A stretch of 64,000 nucleotides of DNA, from assembly GCA_918797485.1 (NCBI GenBank), contig CAKKNE010000001.1, positions 3,658,001 through 3,722,000 of the forward strand. Direction: 5' to 3'. A program made the translations under genes and the position numbers. This document shows, in pieces, positions 50,578-61,194 of the stretch; the stretch's first letter is position 1, and each line of letters begins with the position of its first letter. The notes beneath the pieces are model-generated. The model saw only the letters and a list, made by a program, of their open reading frames with translations, searched no databases and was not told the origin of the DNA. The stretch is from Pelagomonas calceolata. Taxonomy: Eukaryota.

Positions 50578-53199
50578 ATGAATACGTCCGTGGGTTCCAT
50601 CCTGCTCTCTTGCCTCGCCGCCGCCGCCGCAGCGGATATCGGCAGCACATCATACTGCTCCATCACAGACAAGGATACAGACAACGAGCAGCTCTTAGTA
50701 ACCGAGGACGGAGGTTGTTCGCTCGACGATTCGGTGACATGGTCCTTTGACAACTCCCTCGTAATCGAGTTCGAGACACGCGGCTGCGCCGAGGTCACCT
50801 GCACGACACCTATAAGCGGATACCAGGCTGCTCCCTATGTGCCACATTGGTACTTCGAGCCGTTTCGCTCGTCACTCAGCTCTTCGGATCGGGAGACGCC
50901 TGATCTTTGGTGGATCTCGCGCGCATCAGACTATGGCTTCGGTGCCTATGGGGGTTGGTCGCACGCAATTTCTGGTAGTGGTGACGGCAACTCGCATGAC
51001 ATGAGCGTAGCATCTATTCCGACCGAGTGGCACAAGTGGCGCATTATCTTTTCAACCAGGGAAAACTGTGTGTACCTCGATGATTGGACGGTCGACGGCG
51101 TGAGAGTTGGGTTTGGGGAAGCCGCGTCGCCAAGCAACGCCGTCTCCTACTGCTCCGCATACGGAACGACAACCTACCTCGGCTTTGCCGCACATGTCGG
51201 AACTTTCGCTTACGTGCGCAACTTCACGAAAAGTATCCCCTCCGGATGTACAGCCTCGGAAGACGACGCCATGTGTTCCTGTGGAATCAGCGCAACGAAC
51301 GAGGAGGGCGACTATTGCTGCGATCAAATATGCGGAAAGTGTGGCGGGTCGGGCTGTGGCAGTTTCGTTGATGACGACGACGTGCTGTGCTGCGCGGGCT
51401 CTATATTAGATGCCGGGGTCTACTGCGCATCGCCTTCGGAGGTCGGTTGCATCATTAGGAGCCCAACGGCACGCCCAACACCGCGGCCAGTTCATCCGAC
51501 GCCCCGGCCGACGGACTTCGACGGAACTTTCGACGACAGCAGCATCCGCACGGCCGTCGCGGCGTGGCTCTCGAACCCGACGGCCGCCGAGGCGACGTAC
51601 GGCCACATTTCTACGTGGGAGACTGGCGGGGTGACGGACATGTCGTATTTGTTTTGTGGGTATGAATACAATAGCAACTGCAACACGGCCGCGGCGTCCT
51701 TCAACGAGGACGTAGGCGCGTGGGACACCTCTGGCGTCACGGCTATGAACCACATGTTCTACAAAGCCCCGGCCTTTAACCGAGACATCGGTGGTTGGGC
51801 GGTCCACAGCGTCACGGATATGCTCGCCATGTTCAACAGCGCCTCGGCCTTTAACCAGGACATCGGTGGTTGGGCGGTCCACAGCGCCACGAATATGCAC
51901 GGGATGTTCGCCTATGCCTCGTCATTTAACCAAGACATCGGCGATTGGGACACCTCAGGCGTCACAAGCATGGACTACATGTTCTACTCTGCCTCGGCCT
52001 TCGACCAGGACCTCGGTGGTTGGGCGGTCGACCGCGTCACTACCATGAGCAACCTGTTCAACCAGGCCTCGTCTTTTAATCAAGACATCGGCGCGTGGGA
52101 CACCTCCGGCGTCACGGATATGTCCTATATGTTCAGTGGCGCCTCGGCCTTCGACCAGGACCTCGGCTGGTGCCTGGACGGCGTGGACCTGAGCAACGCG
52201 TTCGGCTACACCCCGTGCGCGTCGACGTCGTGCGGCGTCAAGAAATGCCTGATGTCCGACAGCACCATCCGAACCGCAGTCGCGGCGTGGCTCTCGGATA
52301 GCGCCACCGCCGAGGCGACGTACGGCCACATTTCTACGTGGGACACATCAGGGGTGACGGACATGTCGTATTTGTTTTGTGCGTATTCAGGAAATAGTGA
52401 TTGCAACACGGCAGCGGCGTCCTTTAACGAAGCTATCGGCGCGTGGGACACTTCTGGCGTCAAGACGATGTACAACATGTTCGCCTCGGCCTCGGCCTTT
52501 AATCAAGACATCGGTGATTGGGAGGTCGACAGCGTCACGGATATGCGCTGGATGTTCAGTGGCGCCTCGGCCTTTAACCAGGACCTCGGCTGGTGCGTGG
52601 ACGACGACGTTTTTGGCACTGGCGCCTACGCCGTTCAAAACTCCTTAATGTACACCCCGTGCGCGAAGACGGCGTGCGGTGTTGGGTTCAGGGACACGAA
52701 CGGTGTTTGCCACTATACCAAAGAAAAAAGGAAATCTAGCAACGACGACGACGGAGCAGTCATCGCCGGCGTGGCCGCGGCCGCTGCACTCCTGCTAGCC
52801 GTCGGCGCCTTTTGGTTCTATCGTCGCCGCAAGGCCTCCACGATGGATAATAAGGCCAACGAGCCGAATGGTGCCAATCCAGAGCCGACCGAACTGTCAG
52901 CACCGGAAGAGGCCACGTCCCCCAAGGAAGAAGAGGCAACCATTCCCGTCGCTTCGGAAGCCGAGGAGGAGGGTCTCACGGAGCAACCGCCGCCGCCGCC
53001 GCGAAGGTGGTTCTCACGCGCTGAGCCCGAACCGGCCGCGCCGAAAGCCGAAGAGATGTACAACCAGATAGCCGCCTGGTACAAGGAGAACGCCGCCTTG
53101 CGCGCGACCTGGGGCGCGTACCCGGAACCCGACGACTTCCAGACATGGGCGGGCTTCGTCGCGGTGACAAACGCATTCCTCGACCGCGAGACCGGCTAA
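50578..53199 (+). CDS. Type I membrane protein: lectin-like/Cys-rich N-terminus + two DUF285/BspA cassettes + TM + cytoplasmic tail
   Basis: Signal peptide; FNQDIGxW repeats in two cassettes; [24 protein letters not shown] followed by RRRK. Confidence 0.88.
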   Translation: MNTSVGSILLSCLAAAAAADIGSTSYCSITDKDTDNEQLLVTEDGGCSLDDSVTWSFDNSLVIEFETRGCAEVTCTTPISGYQAAPYVPHWYFEPFRSSLSSSDRETPDLWWISRASDYGFGAYGGWSHAISGSGDGNSHDMSVASIPTEWHKWRIIFSTRENCVYLDDWTVDGVRVGFGEAASPSNAVSYCSAYGTTTYLGFAAHVGTFAYVRNFTKSIPSGCTASEDDAMCSCGISATNEEGDYCCDQICGKCGGSGCGSFVDDDDVLCCAGSILDAGVYCASPSEVGCIIRSPTARPTPRPVHPTPRPTDFDGTFDDSSIRTAVAAWLSNPTAAEATYGHISTWETGGVTDMSYLFCGYEYNSNCNTAAASFNEDVGAWDTSGVTAMNHMFYKAPAFNRDIGGWAVHSVTDMLAMFNSASAFNQDIGGWAVHSATNMHGMFAYASSFNQDIGDWDTSGVTSMDYMFYSASAFDQDLGGWAVDRVTTMSNLFNQASSFNQDIGAWDTSGVTDMSYMFSGASAFDQDLGWCLDGVDLSNAFGYTPCASTSCGVKKCLMSDSTIRTAVAAWLSDSATAEATYGHISTWDTSGVTDMSYLFCAYSGNSDCNTAAASFNEAIGAWDTSGVKTMYNMFASASAFNQDIGDWEVDSVTDMRWMFSGASAFNQDLGWCVDDDVFGTGAYAVQNSLMYTPCAKTACGVGFRDTNGVCHYTKEKRKSSNDDDGAVIAGVAAAAALLLAVGAFWFYRRRKASTMDNKANEPNGANPEPTELSAPEEATSPKEEEATIPVASEAEEEGLTEQPPPPPRRWFSRAEPEPAAPKAEEMYNQIAAWYKENAALRATWGAYPEPDDFQTWAGFVAVTNAFLDRETG

Positions 53200-53230
53200 G
53201 TACACTTACTAGAGAAGGGGCCCCAACGCC

Positions 53231-54481
53231 TCACGCCGGCTGCGCGCACGCGAGCGCCTGGCGGTAGCCCCGCAGCACGGCCATGACGACGCGCCGCTCC
53301 GACGCCACCGACGCGCCCAGCACGCGGAGCACGTGCGCCCGCGCGTTCGCGGAGATGTTCGCGGCGGCCGCCGGGTGGGCCTCGGCCCACGTCAAACGCT
53401 CTTCCAGGTCCGACCAGTCGCGCTTAACCGGCACGTAGTGCACGAAGGGCTCGAGCGCGCCCTCGAGGGCCCAGGTTTCCATCGTCGGCGCCGGCATGAC
53501 CACGACCGAGTCCGTGTAGAGCTGCCACTTCAGGCCCGTCGCGACGTCGTTGCCCTCGTTCGAGAGCTGGTACTTGCACCGCCCGAAGTCGGCGATCGTC
53601 GCCTTGGGCTTGACCGAGTCCCTTAGTAATCCCTTGGTGGCGGCGCCGGCGCCGGCCGTGATCCCACTAAAACCCACGTCCAATTTGATTCCAGCGACGC
53701 TCTCCGTGGTACCAAAACGCGTCACGAGCTCGAGCCGCGTGTTTAAGGGGACGTTCGCGTACTTTTTGACGTCGCGGTCGCGTTTCGAAACCTTCGCCTC
53801 GTAGGCGCGGTACGCCGGGATCTGGCCCGTCGTGCCGCCGCGCCACATGGCGCACTTCTCCCGCCCCAGAAACTTGGGCAGCGTGTGTTCCACAGTCTGC
53901 TGGAGGAGCCGCAGGCCGCCCGCGTGGCGCCCCGTGTGCAGCGGCAAGAGCACGGCCTGGTCGCGCGTCCCGACCTTCCGCGCCTTCGTGAGGTAGGCGC
54001 CCTCCATCGCGCGCGTCGTGTCGCCGAAGCGGAAGCCCCATCTTAATGAAGGCGGCAGAACCACCAAGGGCGTCGCCCGCGAATAGGCCTCGAGCAGGCA
54101 CGACAGCTCCGAGTAGTAGGCGTGCAGCTTGCCGTCCGTCGCCTGGGTGCAGGCCGCGACCTGCCCCGTCGTCTGCAGGAGCAGCGAATCGAAGGGCTGT
54201 TCGCCTTTCTTCAGCCCGCACGTCCCCGGCGCGCTCGCGCCGTCGGCACGCGCCGCGAGGCCCGCGCAGATCTGGCAGATTATTGGTGTCGAGGACGAGC
54301 ACGCCGCTCTTGCTAAGTACTTCTCGACGCGCCAGGCCTCGTCCGCGTTTAATGAATCGTCGTCGAGCTGGGGCACGGCCCACGCCGGCGAGCAGACGTG
54401 CCAGAGGCCGTCGCGCGTGTCGTCGTAGTGTTGTGCCGTGGTTACTGCCACGCAGGCTCCCAGGAGGGCGAGGTGGCGCAT
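53231..54481 (-). CDS. GT90/CAP10-family glycosyltransferase
   Basis: WRGGTTG, KYQLSNEGNDVATGLKW, LEPFVHYVPVKRDWSDL. Confidence 0.85.
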   Translation of the reverse strand: MRHLALLGACVAVTTAQHYDDTRDGLWHVCSPAWAVPQLDDDSLNADEAWRVEKYLARAACSSSTPIICQICAGLAARADGASAPGTCGLKKGEQPFDSLLLQTTGQVAACTQATDGKLHAYYSELSCLLEAYSRATPLVVLPPSLRWGFRFGDTTRAMEGAYLTKARKVGTRDQAVLLPLHTGRHAGGLRLLQQTVEHTLPKFLGREKCAMWRGGTTGQIPAYRAYEAKVSKRDRDVKKYANVPLNTRLELVTRFGTTESVAGIKLDVGFSGITAGAGAATKGLLRDSVKPKATIADFGRCKYQLSNEGNDVATGLKWQLYTDSVVVMPAPTMETWALEGALEPFVHYVPVKRDWSDLEERLTWAEAHPAAAANISANARAHVLRVLGASVASERRVVMAVLRGYRQALACAQPA

Positions 54482-54635
54482 CGTGCAATCGTTGAGTGTC
54501 GGCCGTCGGAAACGCTTAAAATGTGACGCCGGGGTGCACGCGCGTCACGAATTCGGTCGCGCACCCACAGAACGACTTTCCTGTTTTTCCCGTCACCGTC
54601 GGCGCCGTCGGCCACACGAGTTAATCAAGCGCAAG

Positions 54636-54656
54636 CTAGCTCCAGTAACACACTAG
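54636..54656 (+). promoter_or_regulatory. CTAG element in divergent promoter
   Basis: CTAG CTCCAGTAACACA CTAG. Confidence 0.7.
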
Positions 54657-54779
54657 CAAGCACAAGCAAGCGCCGCGCCAGCCGCTCTGCGAGATTATTG
54701 CCTGCGAGTTAGAGCACGCAAACGTGCTAATTTTTACTGAGCCCCGACCGCATCGCTGCGGCAGCACGTCGTAACACAT

Positions 54780-55763
54780 ATGACTGATCGCCTCCTCGAG
54801 TTCCGCAGCGCCTGCCGCTTGGCAAGGAGACGCCTCGGCGTCGGCCCGCCTGCTCCAGCCCCGCTGCCGGCGCTGCACACGTCGCTGGCCGCGCGCCGCG
54901 CGACGCAAGTGAACGCGAAGCTGACGGAAATCGACGGAAGACTCGCGAATTTGCGCGCGGCGGCCGGGCGCGAGCACGACGCCGGCACGAATAGTTTCGA
55001 CGCCGCGGCGCAGGCCGCCGAGCGCGACTGCGCCTGGGCCGACCGCGCTCTGCGGACCATGGAGGGCGACGCCAATCAAGCGTCGGGGTCGCGGCGAGGC
55101 CACGAGCGCGCGATGGCACAGTGCCTGCGGTCGAAGCTCTCCGAGCGTCTGGAGGCCCTGCAGGAGGCGATGAAGGCCAGACAGCGGGCCCTCAAGGTCC
55201 AGCACAAGCGGAGGACGAAATTCAGCCACGCGGGCCCGGCGATCTCGACGCGCGTCCAATTGGACACGCCGCTCTTCTCGACGGCCTTCGTGCCCAAGCA
55301 CGCCGTTGTTGAACCACCGAAGCAAGCCCCAAAACCGAAGCCGCCGCCGCCGCCGATGACAGATCCTTTTGCGATGTCGTCGGCGTTCTCCACCCAAACC
55401 GGCATGCGGTCAAGACGGCCTCAACAGGTGGAGGAGACGTCGAGATTAGAGCGGCAGCAGCAGCAGCAGCGGCAGCAGCTGGTGCTCGAGCAGAACGCGC
55501 GGCAGCGGTTGGACCATGCTTTAGATGTGGAAAAAGAGATCGGGAAGCTCGGCGAGGTCTTTTCGAGGTTTGCTGGTCTCGTGGCGCAGCAGGCCGAGGT
55601 CGTCGAGCGGCTCGACGACGACGTCGAGGCGTCGCGTGCGGATGTGGATGCGGGCCATAGCGAGTTGACGCGCGCGCACGAGCGGATTCGCGGGAACCGG
55701 GCCTTGTACCTGAAGATCTTCGGGATCATTGGGGCGCTTACGGTGTGGACGGTCATGTTCTAA
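54780..55763 (+). CDS. Syntaxin (Qa-SNARE, syntaxin-5-like)
   Basis: N-terminal DRxxEF; VEKEIGKLGEVF..LVAQQAEVVERLDDDV; C-terminal TM. Confidence 0.8.
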   Translation: MTDRLLEFRSACRLARRRLGVGPPAPAPLPALHTSLAARRATQVNAKLTEIDGRLANLRAAAGREHDAGTNSFDAAAQAAERDCAWADRALRTMEGDANQASGSRRGHERAMAQCLRSKLSERLEALQEAMKARQRALKVQHKRRTKFSHAGPAISTRVQLDTPLFSTAFVPKHAVVEPPKQAPKPKPPPPPMTDPFAMSSAFSTQTGMRSRRPQQVEETSRLERQQQQQRQQLVLEQNARQRLDHALDVEKEIGKLGEVFSRFAGLVAQQAEVVERLDDDVEASRADVDAGHSELTRAHERIRGNRALYLKIFGIIGALTVWTVMF

Positions 55764-55926
55764 GTTTATTTGTTGTGTTGCTCAGGCTTTGCTAGTCGCC
55801 ATCCGGCCGGCGCGGGGTCTGCGTGACCGTCCCGCCCCCCGTTCGAAGAAGAAGATTGGCCACACCTCGCCAGCGCGACCCAGATCGGCGCGTTCCATGT
55901 TGTACAGTCCTACCACATTAGTAAAT

Positions 55927-56946
55927 CTAGAGGGCCCCGTCGCCCTTGAGCGCCTTGGCCATGTATCGCTCGTCGTCGCCAGGCATGCCGAACTTGGAGC
56001 CGTCCGCGACCTCCATCGTGCCAACGAGCGATGACCAGGGCGGCTGGCCCGTGAGGCGCCGCAGCACCCGGCCGTTCTTTTTCACGACGATGACCAGGCC
56101 TTTCTCGACAGGATCAAATCCCTGCGACCGTGCCGTCTCAAGCTCCTGCTTCAAATACGTCTCCCAGGCCTGCGCCCCCCGCGGGAACGCAATGACGTTC
56201 GCGGACCGCTCGAGGTCGAAGTTTCTATCGCCTTCGTCCGCCGTCGTACTTCTCCAGCACGCGCCGGCGTCGTTCACGGCCCCGCTCGCGTCGACGAGCG
56301 CCGGGACCACGACCAAATCCACGGCATCGATCTGGGCCGCCAGCGTGTTCTCGTCGGCGCGCTGGTCGGCGCTCAGCGACCGCGCGAGGGTCTGCACGTA
56401 CTGCTCGCCCCCGACGCAGATGGCGACGCGGTTGCCTCTCCGATACTCGGTGAGGGTCCGGCGCTTCGTGGGCGCGGTCGCCGGCGACACGACAAGCTTC
56501 GCTAAACGTCCGCCTTGCGCAATTCTCTCAAGGTTCTTTTCTCCAGCCTGGTAGTCGTTCCACGTGATCGCGGCGCAGGCCAGCACGGCCACGACGTTGA
56601 TCGCAGTAGATGAAACCGCCTCGTCGAGCGGGATATCATTAGAAAAACCAGTAGCCGCCTTGGCCACGTTCAGGATGCTGAAATAGAGCGCCAAGAGCGC
56701 CGAGCCAGTGCTCGCTCCAAAAAAAATGAGTCGCACCTTGCGGAAGGGCGACTCGATCTCCTCGCGCATGCGCTGCTTCGCGGTGTAGCCGCCGAAGAGC
56801 TCGGGCTCATCGTCCGGCGCCGCAGCGAGCTGCGTGGTGCGTGTGGGCTGCGTGCCAGCTCGTGCAGCGACGAGGCTGCTGCGTGGCGCCGTGAATGCGT
56901 GCGTTAGGCCAGCAGCGGTGCACAATAAGGCTAATAGACGAGTCAT
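55927..56946 (-). CDS. LPA1-like (DUF3493) PSII assembly factor, plastid-targeted
   Basis: Signal peptide + AF; EIESPFRKVRLIFFGA; W..YL..E..G..IVVKKNGRV...GQPPW. Confidence 0.75.
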   Translation of the reverse strand: MTRLLALLCTAAGLTHAFTAPRSSLVAARAGTQPTRTTQLAAAPDDEPELFGGYTAKQRMREEIESPFRKVRLIFFGASTGSALLALYFSILNVAKAATGFSNDIPLDEAVSSTAINVVAVLACAAITWNDYQAGEKNLERIAQGGRLAKLVVSPATAPTKRRTLTEYRRGNRVAICVGGEQYVQTLARSLSADQRADENTLAAQIDAVDLVVVPALVDASGAVNDAGACWRSTTADEGDRNFDLERSANVIAFPRGAQAWETYLKQELETARSQGFDPVEKGLVIVVKKNGRVLRRLTGQPPWSSLVGTMEVADGSKFGMPGDDERYMAKALKGDGAL

Positions 56947-57003
56947 GAATTACGTATTGCAGCCAACAGTGGCAATTTTCAAGGATGCGGTGGCCGTGAT
57001 TAT

Positions 57004-57024
57004 CTAGTGAGACGGACACACTAG
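57004..57024 (+). promoter_or_regulatory. CTAG element in divergent promoter
   Basis: CTAG TGAGACGGACACA CTAG. Confidence 0.6.
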
Positions 57025-57249
57025 CCTAAGAGCCGGGAAGCGGCTCGCGCAGCGCCAGCTCAGCTAGTGATCAATACGAGCTGCGAACGAGTCAAACACG
57101 ATAGCTGCGCGACAGGCCAGCGCGGCAGACTGCATCTGTCAGGACGCCAGAGCGCAAAAACACCAGTGAGGCCTGCACCAGCTTTACGATCGATTACTCG
57201 AGCTGCCGCGCGCAAAAATCTTTGCCAACGCGCTAACGCAAACGAGCAA

Positions 57250-58086
57250 ATGGGCCGCCGCTGGGTGAGGAGAAAAAAACAGAAGACGGAGCAGCCGGCG
57301 CACAACTCGTTGGTCGCCGGCTACGGGAGCTCCGACGACGACGAGAGCGACGGCGAGGCCGCGAGTCCGTGGGAGAAGCACGTCGACGCGGCGACGGGCA
57401 AGCCCTACTGGCACGACCCCGCGACCAAGCGGACGACGTGGGACGACCCCTCGCCCGCGCCCGCGCCGGAGCCGGAGCCTGAGCCCGAGCCCGAGCCGGC
57501 GCCAGCGGCCGCGCCGGCGCCACCCCCGGCCCTCGCGCCGCTGCTGCCCGTCTTTCGAGCCCTCGAAAGCGAGCTCGACGGGATCAGCGCCAGGACCGGC
57601 AAGTCGCCCTTTGCCCTCGACGCGGCGGCGCGCGCGCGGCTCGCCTTCGCGTCGTCGAGCACCGCCGAGCCCGTCGCCGTGCAAGCCAAGGCGCTCTCCG
57701 AGGCCTGCCTCGCGGCGCGCGCGGCGTGCGAGGGCCGGGACGATCTCCTGGGCGCGGTCGCGCTCGGCGCCGTCGTCGCGCGCTACGCCGACTGGCACGG
57801 CGGCGCGCTGAGCGACGACGCGTTCGCGCGGCGGCTCCGCGCCATGGCCGACGCGCTCGCGCCGGCCCCCGCGCCGGCGCCCGCCGCGCGGGCGTCGCGC
57901 TTCGACGTGCCGCCCGCGGAGGCCCCCGCGCCGGCGCCTGCGCCCGTAGCGGCGGCCGCCGACGGCGAGGACGCCGCGCCGCCGCCGCTGCCCGCGGGCT
58001 GGGCCGCGACGTGGGACGCGCAGCAGGGCTGCGTCTACTACTACAACGAGAGCAGCGGCGAGACGTCGTGGGCGCGGCCGACGTAG
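57250..58086 (+). CDS. Two-WW-domain protein
   Basis: WEKHVDAATGKPYWHDPATKRTTWDDP and LPAGW..CVYYYNESSGETSWARP. Confidence 0.85.
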   Translation: MGRRWVRRKKQKTEQPAHNSLVAGYGSSDDDESDGEAASPWEKHVDAATGKPYWHDPATKRTTWDDPSPAPAPEPEPEPEPEPAPAAAPAPPPALAPLLPVFRALESELDGISARTGKSPFALDAAARARLAFASSSTAEPVAVQAKALSEACLAARAACEGRDDLLGAVALGAVVARYADWHGGALSDDAFARRLRAMADALAPAPAPAPAARASRFDVPPAEAPAPAPAPVAAAADGEDAAPPPLPAGWAATWDAQQGCVYYYNESSGETSWARPT

Positions 58087-58122
58087 TCCCTAAGCATGTT
58101 GTTGTGTACTTACCCCGAGCCT

Positions 58123-58842
58123 CTAGACCGCGGCGAAGCCGTCCTGCGGCGCGGCCGCCGGCGCGGCCGCGCGGCCCATGAGCCCCCCGAGCATGTTCGA
58201 CGCGAGCCCCGAGGACATCATGCCCCCGAGCATGGACGCCGCCCCGCCCGACGACAGGCCCTCGAGCCGCGCCTGCGCCTCCTTCGAGCACTTCGTGTAC
58301 CCGACGACGTTCGCTCCACTCAAAGCCAAAGCCGCACCGACCACAATCAACCACTGCAATTTGAGCGAGATGACCGCCGTGACGAGCAAAAAGGCCCAGG
58401 CCGCCGCCGGCACATATAAACCCCACCAAAACAGGCGCTCGTCGAGTGGCCGAATGTCCGACTTGTCCTCGGCGGCCTCGAAGACCCACTCCGTCGCGCC
58501 GTCCTCCTTGACGTAGTTCCACCACCGCAGTCCTACGAGGAGTCGTCCGGACACGTTCTTGACCGTCCAAAAATCAAAGGCTAGGAGGAGTATGCATACG
58601 ACGCAGACCAACACGAAGTTGGACGTGAACAGCCCGGCGAACAGGTACACCGCCAAGGCGAGGCTCTTGAACAACACGTGGAACAGCGCGACGCCCGGGT
58701 GGCGGCTGCCCTTGAAGAGGCCGAGCTTCCCCACCAACGTGTCGTCGGCCTCGTCGGGGAAGAGCGGCGCCGCCGCCTGCGGCGTCTCGTCGCTGTACTC
58801 TAGATCGGTGGTCAGGAACTGGAGGTCGTCTTTTCGCGACAT
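58123..58842 (-). CDS. TVP23: Golgi apparatus membrane protein TVP23
   Basis: HP...FHVLFK, DFWTVKNVSGRLLVGLRWWN, W.FE, AN..GY.KC. Confidence 0.93.
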   Translation of the reverse strand: MSRKDDLQFLTTDLEYSDETPQAAAPLFPDEADDTLVGKLGLFKGSRHPGVALFHVLFKSLALAVYLFAGLFTSNFVLVCVVCILLLAFDFWTVKNVSGRLLVGLRWWNYVKEDGATEWVFEAAEDKSDIRPLDERLFWWGLYVPAAAWAFLLVTAVISLKLQWLIVVGAALALSGANVVGYTKCSKEAQARLEGLSSGGAASMLGGMMSSGLASNMLGGLMGRAAAPAAAPQDGFAAV

Positions 58843-59320
58843 CGTCTCTTTTTGGCTTTGCTGCGTCTGGCGCCGCGCAGATCACCGGTGCCTGGCTGAC
58901 TGACTGTCTGACTGACTGCTGCGTCTGGCGTCGTGCGGTTCACCGGTGCGGGCGCTGCCGGGGGCTAAACACAGTTTCGGCCTCGGAGAGGACTGCGGTG
59001 TCGGTGCGAGCGCTGCTCGGAGCCGCGAATCGATGGGCAACGTGGGAGTGCGAGCGCGAGGTCACTACGTGTGATTAGTGTCAGCTCGGCTCGGTGCGCT
59101 TTGCCAGCCGAGACACAGCTGAAATTATTTGCTTTTTTGGCTGGGCTTTTTGCTCAAAAAGCCGACGCGCAAAACGACCTCCCAGGGAGCGACGCCTGCG
59201 CTGCAAAGGTACTGGCTCGGAGGATTTGCTGGTTGCAAGCGATCCCACACGTCAGCAGCGACCAAAACACTGCCATAAAAAGCCACAAACAAATCCCTGC
59301 CGGCGCGCGACCGCAGCGAG

Positions 59321-61174
59321 ATGCGAGCCCTCCTCGCCATCAGCGCACTGGCACTCGCAGCGGCAAGCAAGAAAGAAAAGAAACCGAGCGGCCACGGCGC
59401 CGACGTCGCGGCGTTCGTGCGAGGCGCGCACAAGGCCGACGACGCGAACGTCGCCAAGGCGAAGCGCGCGGTCCACGACGGCCTCGCCGAGTTACTAGCG
59501 TACTATAATGGCGACGAGCAGGTCCTGGACGCTTTAGTCTTCGCCACGTCGGGTCTGGCGCCGACGCTCGAGGCGAAGCTCGCGAGGCTCGCAACCTCGG
59601 GAGGAGGCAAATTCGTGGTGGCGGCGTTCGGCTCGTCGGTGACGGCGGGCCACGACGGCTTCGGGCACACGGCCTGGCCCGCCGTGTTAGGTAGGAGGTT
59701 GGCCAAAGAATTAGCCCCATTGGGGATAGAAGTAGAAGTGCGGAACCAGGCTGTTGGGGGTGCCGAGCCCTTTCCCCGGTCGTTGTGTGTCGGACCCATT
59801 GCTGGGAGTGATGTGGACCTCGTCATCAGGGAGTGGGAGTACTGGGGCTTTTCGGATGGGCTAGAAGCCCCAGGAGCACATGGTGGCGAGGACGGGGCCA
59901 TAGAAATCTTTCTGCGGACGGCCTTTCTGCTACCGAACAAACCAGCGGTCTTATTCCTAAACATGGAGCCGAACGGCGAAGGGCGGAAGACGCAGCAAGT
60001 CAGGGCAGCGATGAAGGGCAAACTCAAGATATATGGAGAGCGTTTTGGGGTCGGCGTCCTCAGCGCCTTCGGCAAGCCTTTTGATCACTTGAGAGCAGCT
60101 GCTCCCAAGAGTAGGAGGCACCGGAGCGGTTCCAAGAGCTGCCACGGCAATGGCGTGGGCGACTGCCCCGTCGGAGAAAAGCCGGACGGGCACCATACAA
60201 GACCGCTCGAGCTAGGTGTGCCCGAGGACTCGCCGTTGAAACCGTTGGCCGATCCCGCGAAGTTATTCATCAACTGGCACCCAGGAACATTAGGGCACGA
60301 GATGATGGGCCATCAAGCAGCTTTTGCTGTGCTGCGAGCGGCCCAGTCTGGATTGGCAGCTTTAGGTCTGGGGAGCGTGCCGTCGTCTGCTGGCTCGTTG
60401 CCGGAACCTATTGCTTGTGACAAGTCGCCCTTCTGTAAGTCTTCTCAGAGGACGGCGTTCTGCGCTCAAAGTACCTTACCGAAGCACGAGTCGCCAGACA
60501 TCGGGGATTGGTTGGATAATAGTACTCAGACGCAGTGGCGCAACAGCGCCACGGAGTCCGGGAAGAACCGGGAAAGGTTCTGCGCCGCACCGTCCAAGGA
60601 ATGCGCGAAGCACCCAGCTGGCCAGGGCTGCTGGCACTACACGCGGTCATGCTCCTACTACGACCAGAAACGGGCCTTTACCGGAACTTCTGGAGATGGG
60701 CCTCTTTCTTTTAAGATGCCGCGCGGCGCGTGCAACCTGTTCCTCTCGGAGCCGGGCTACGAGTGGTCCAAGCCGATTGGCGTCGCGAACTGGCACGCCG
60801 AACTTAGTATAAAGATTGACGGTGAACAATGCAGGGCGTGTTCTATTGTTCAAGGCGGCGGCGCGTACATCCAGAGCGTGCACGTGGACCTAGCGAGACA
60901 TTACGGTTCGACGGAGCGGTGCGCTTCGGCGCGCGTGTCACTGTCAGTACAACCGGTGGAGTCGTTGGCTGCCTGGGAGGCGTCGTCCGGTAAAAAAGTC
61001 TGCCAGGTCGCGCGCAACGGCAAGTGCGAGCCCAAGGGCGACTGGCGGCGCTACGCGATCGGCTGCGCCGAGGACGGCATGGCGGACGGCAAGAAGGCCT
61101 GCAAGTTTAAAGCTGGGAAACCGCGCGACGCATCAAGTGTGCGCGCCTACGTGACGAGCGCGCTGGCGTGGTAG
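59321..61174 (+). CDS. Secreted SGNH/GDSL-hydrolase-like protein
   Basis: FGSSVTAGH, RNQAVGG and NWHPGTLGH motifs; signal peptide. Confidence 0.7.
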   Translation: MRALLAISALALAAASKKEKKPSGHGADVAAFVRGAHKADDANVAKAKRAVHDGLAELLAYYNGDEQVLDALVFATSGLAPTLEAKLARLATSGGGKFVVAAFGSSVTAGHDGFGHTAWPAVLGRRLAKELAPLGIEVEVRNQAVGGAEPFPRSLCVGPIAGSDVDLVIREWEYWGFSDGLEAPGAHGGEDGAIEIFLRTAFLLPNKPAVLFLNMEPNGEGRKTQQVRAAMKGKLKIYGERFGVGVLSAFGKPFDHLRAAAPKSRRHRSGSKSCHGNGVGDCPVGEKPDGHHTRPLELGVPEDSPLKPLADPAKLFINWHPGTLGHEMMGHQAAFAVLRAAQSGLAALGLGSVPSSAGSLPEPIACDKSPFCKSSQRTAFCAQSTLPKHESPDIGDWLDNSTQTQWRNSATESGKNRERFCAAPSKECAKHPAGQGCWHYTRSCSYYDQKRAFTGTSGDGPLSFKMPRGACNLFLSEPGYEWSKPIGVANWHAELSIKIDGEQCRACSIVQGGGAYIQSVHVDLARHYGSTERCASARVSLSVQPVESLAAWEASSGKKVCQVARNGKCEPKGDWRRYAIGCAEDGMADGKKACKFKAGKPRDASSVRAYVTSALAW

Positions 61175-61194
61175 ATGTGTGTAACAAGTTATTA

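Noticed and set aside
51530..52600. Regular ~75-bp repeats resembling a CRISPR or DNA repeat array
   Set aside because: In-frame DUF285 protein repeats; there are no invariant repeats with unique spacers and no cas genes.
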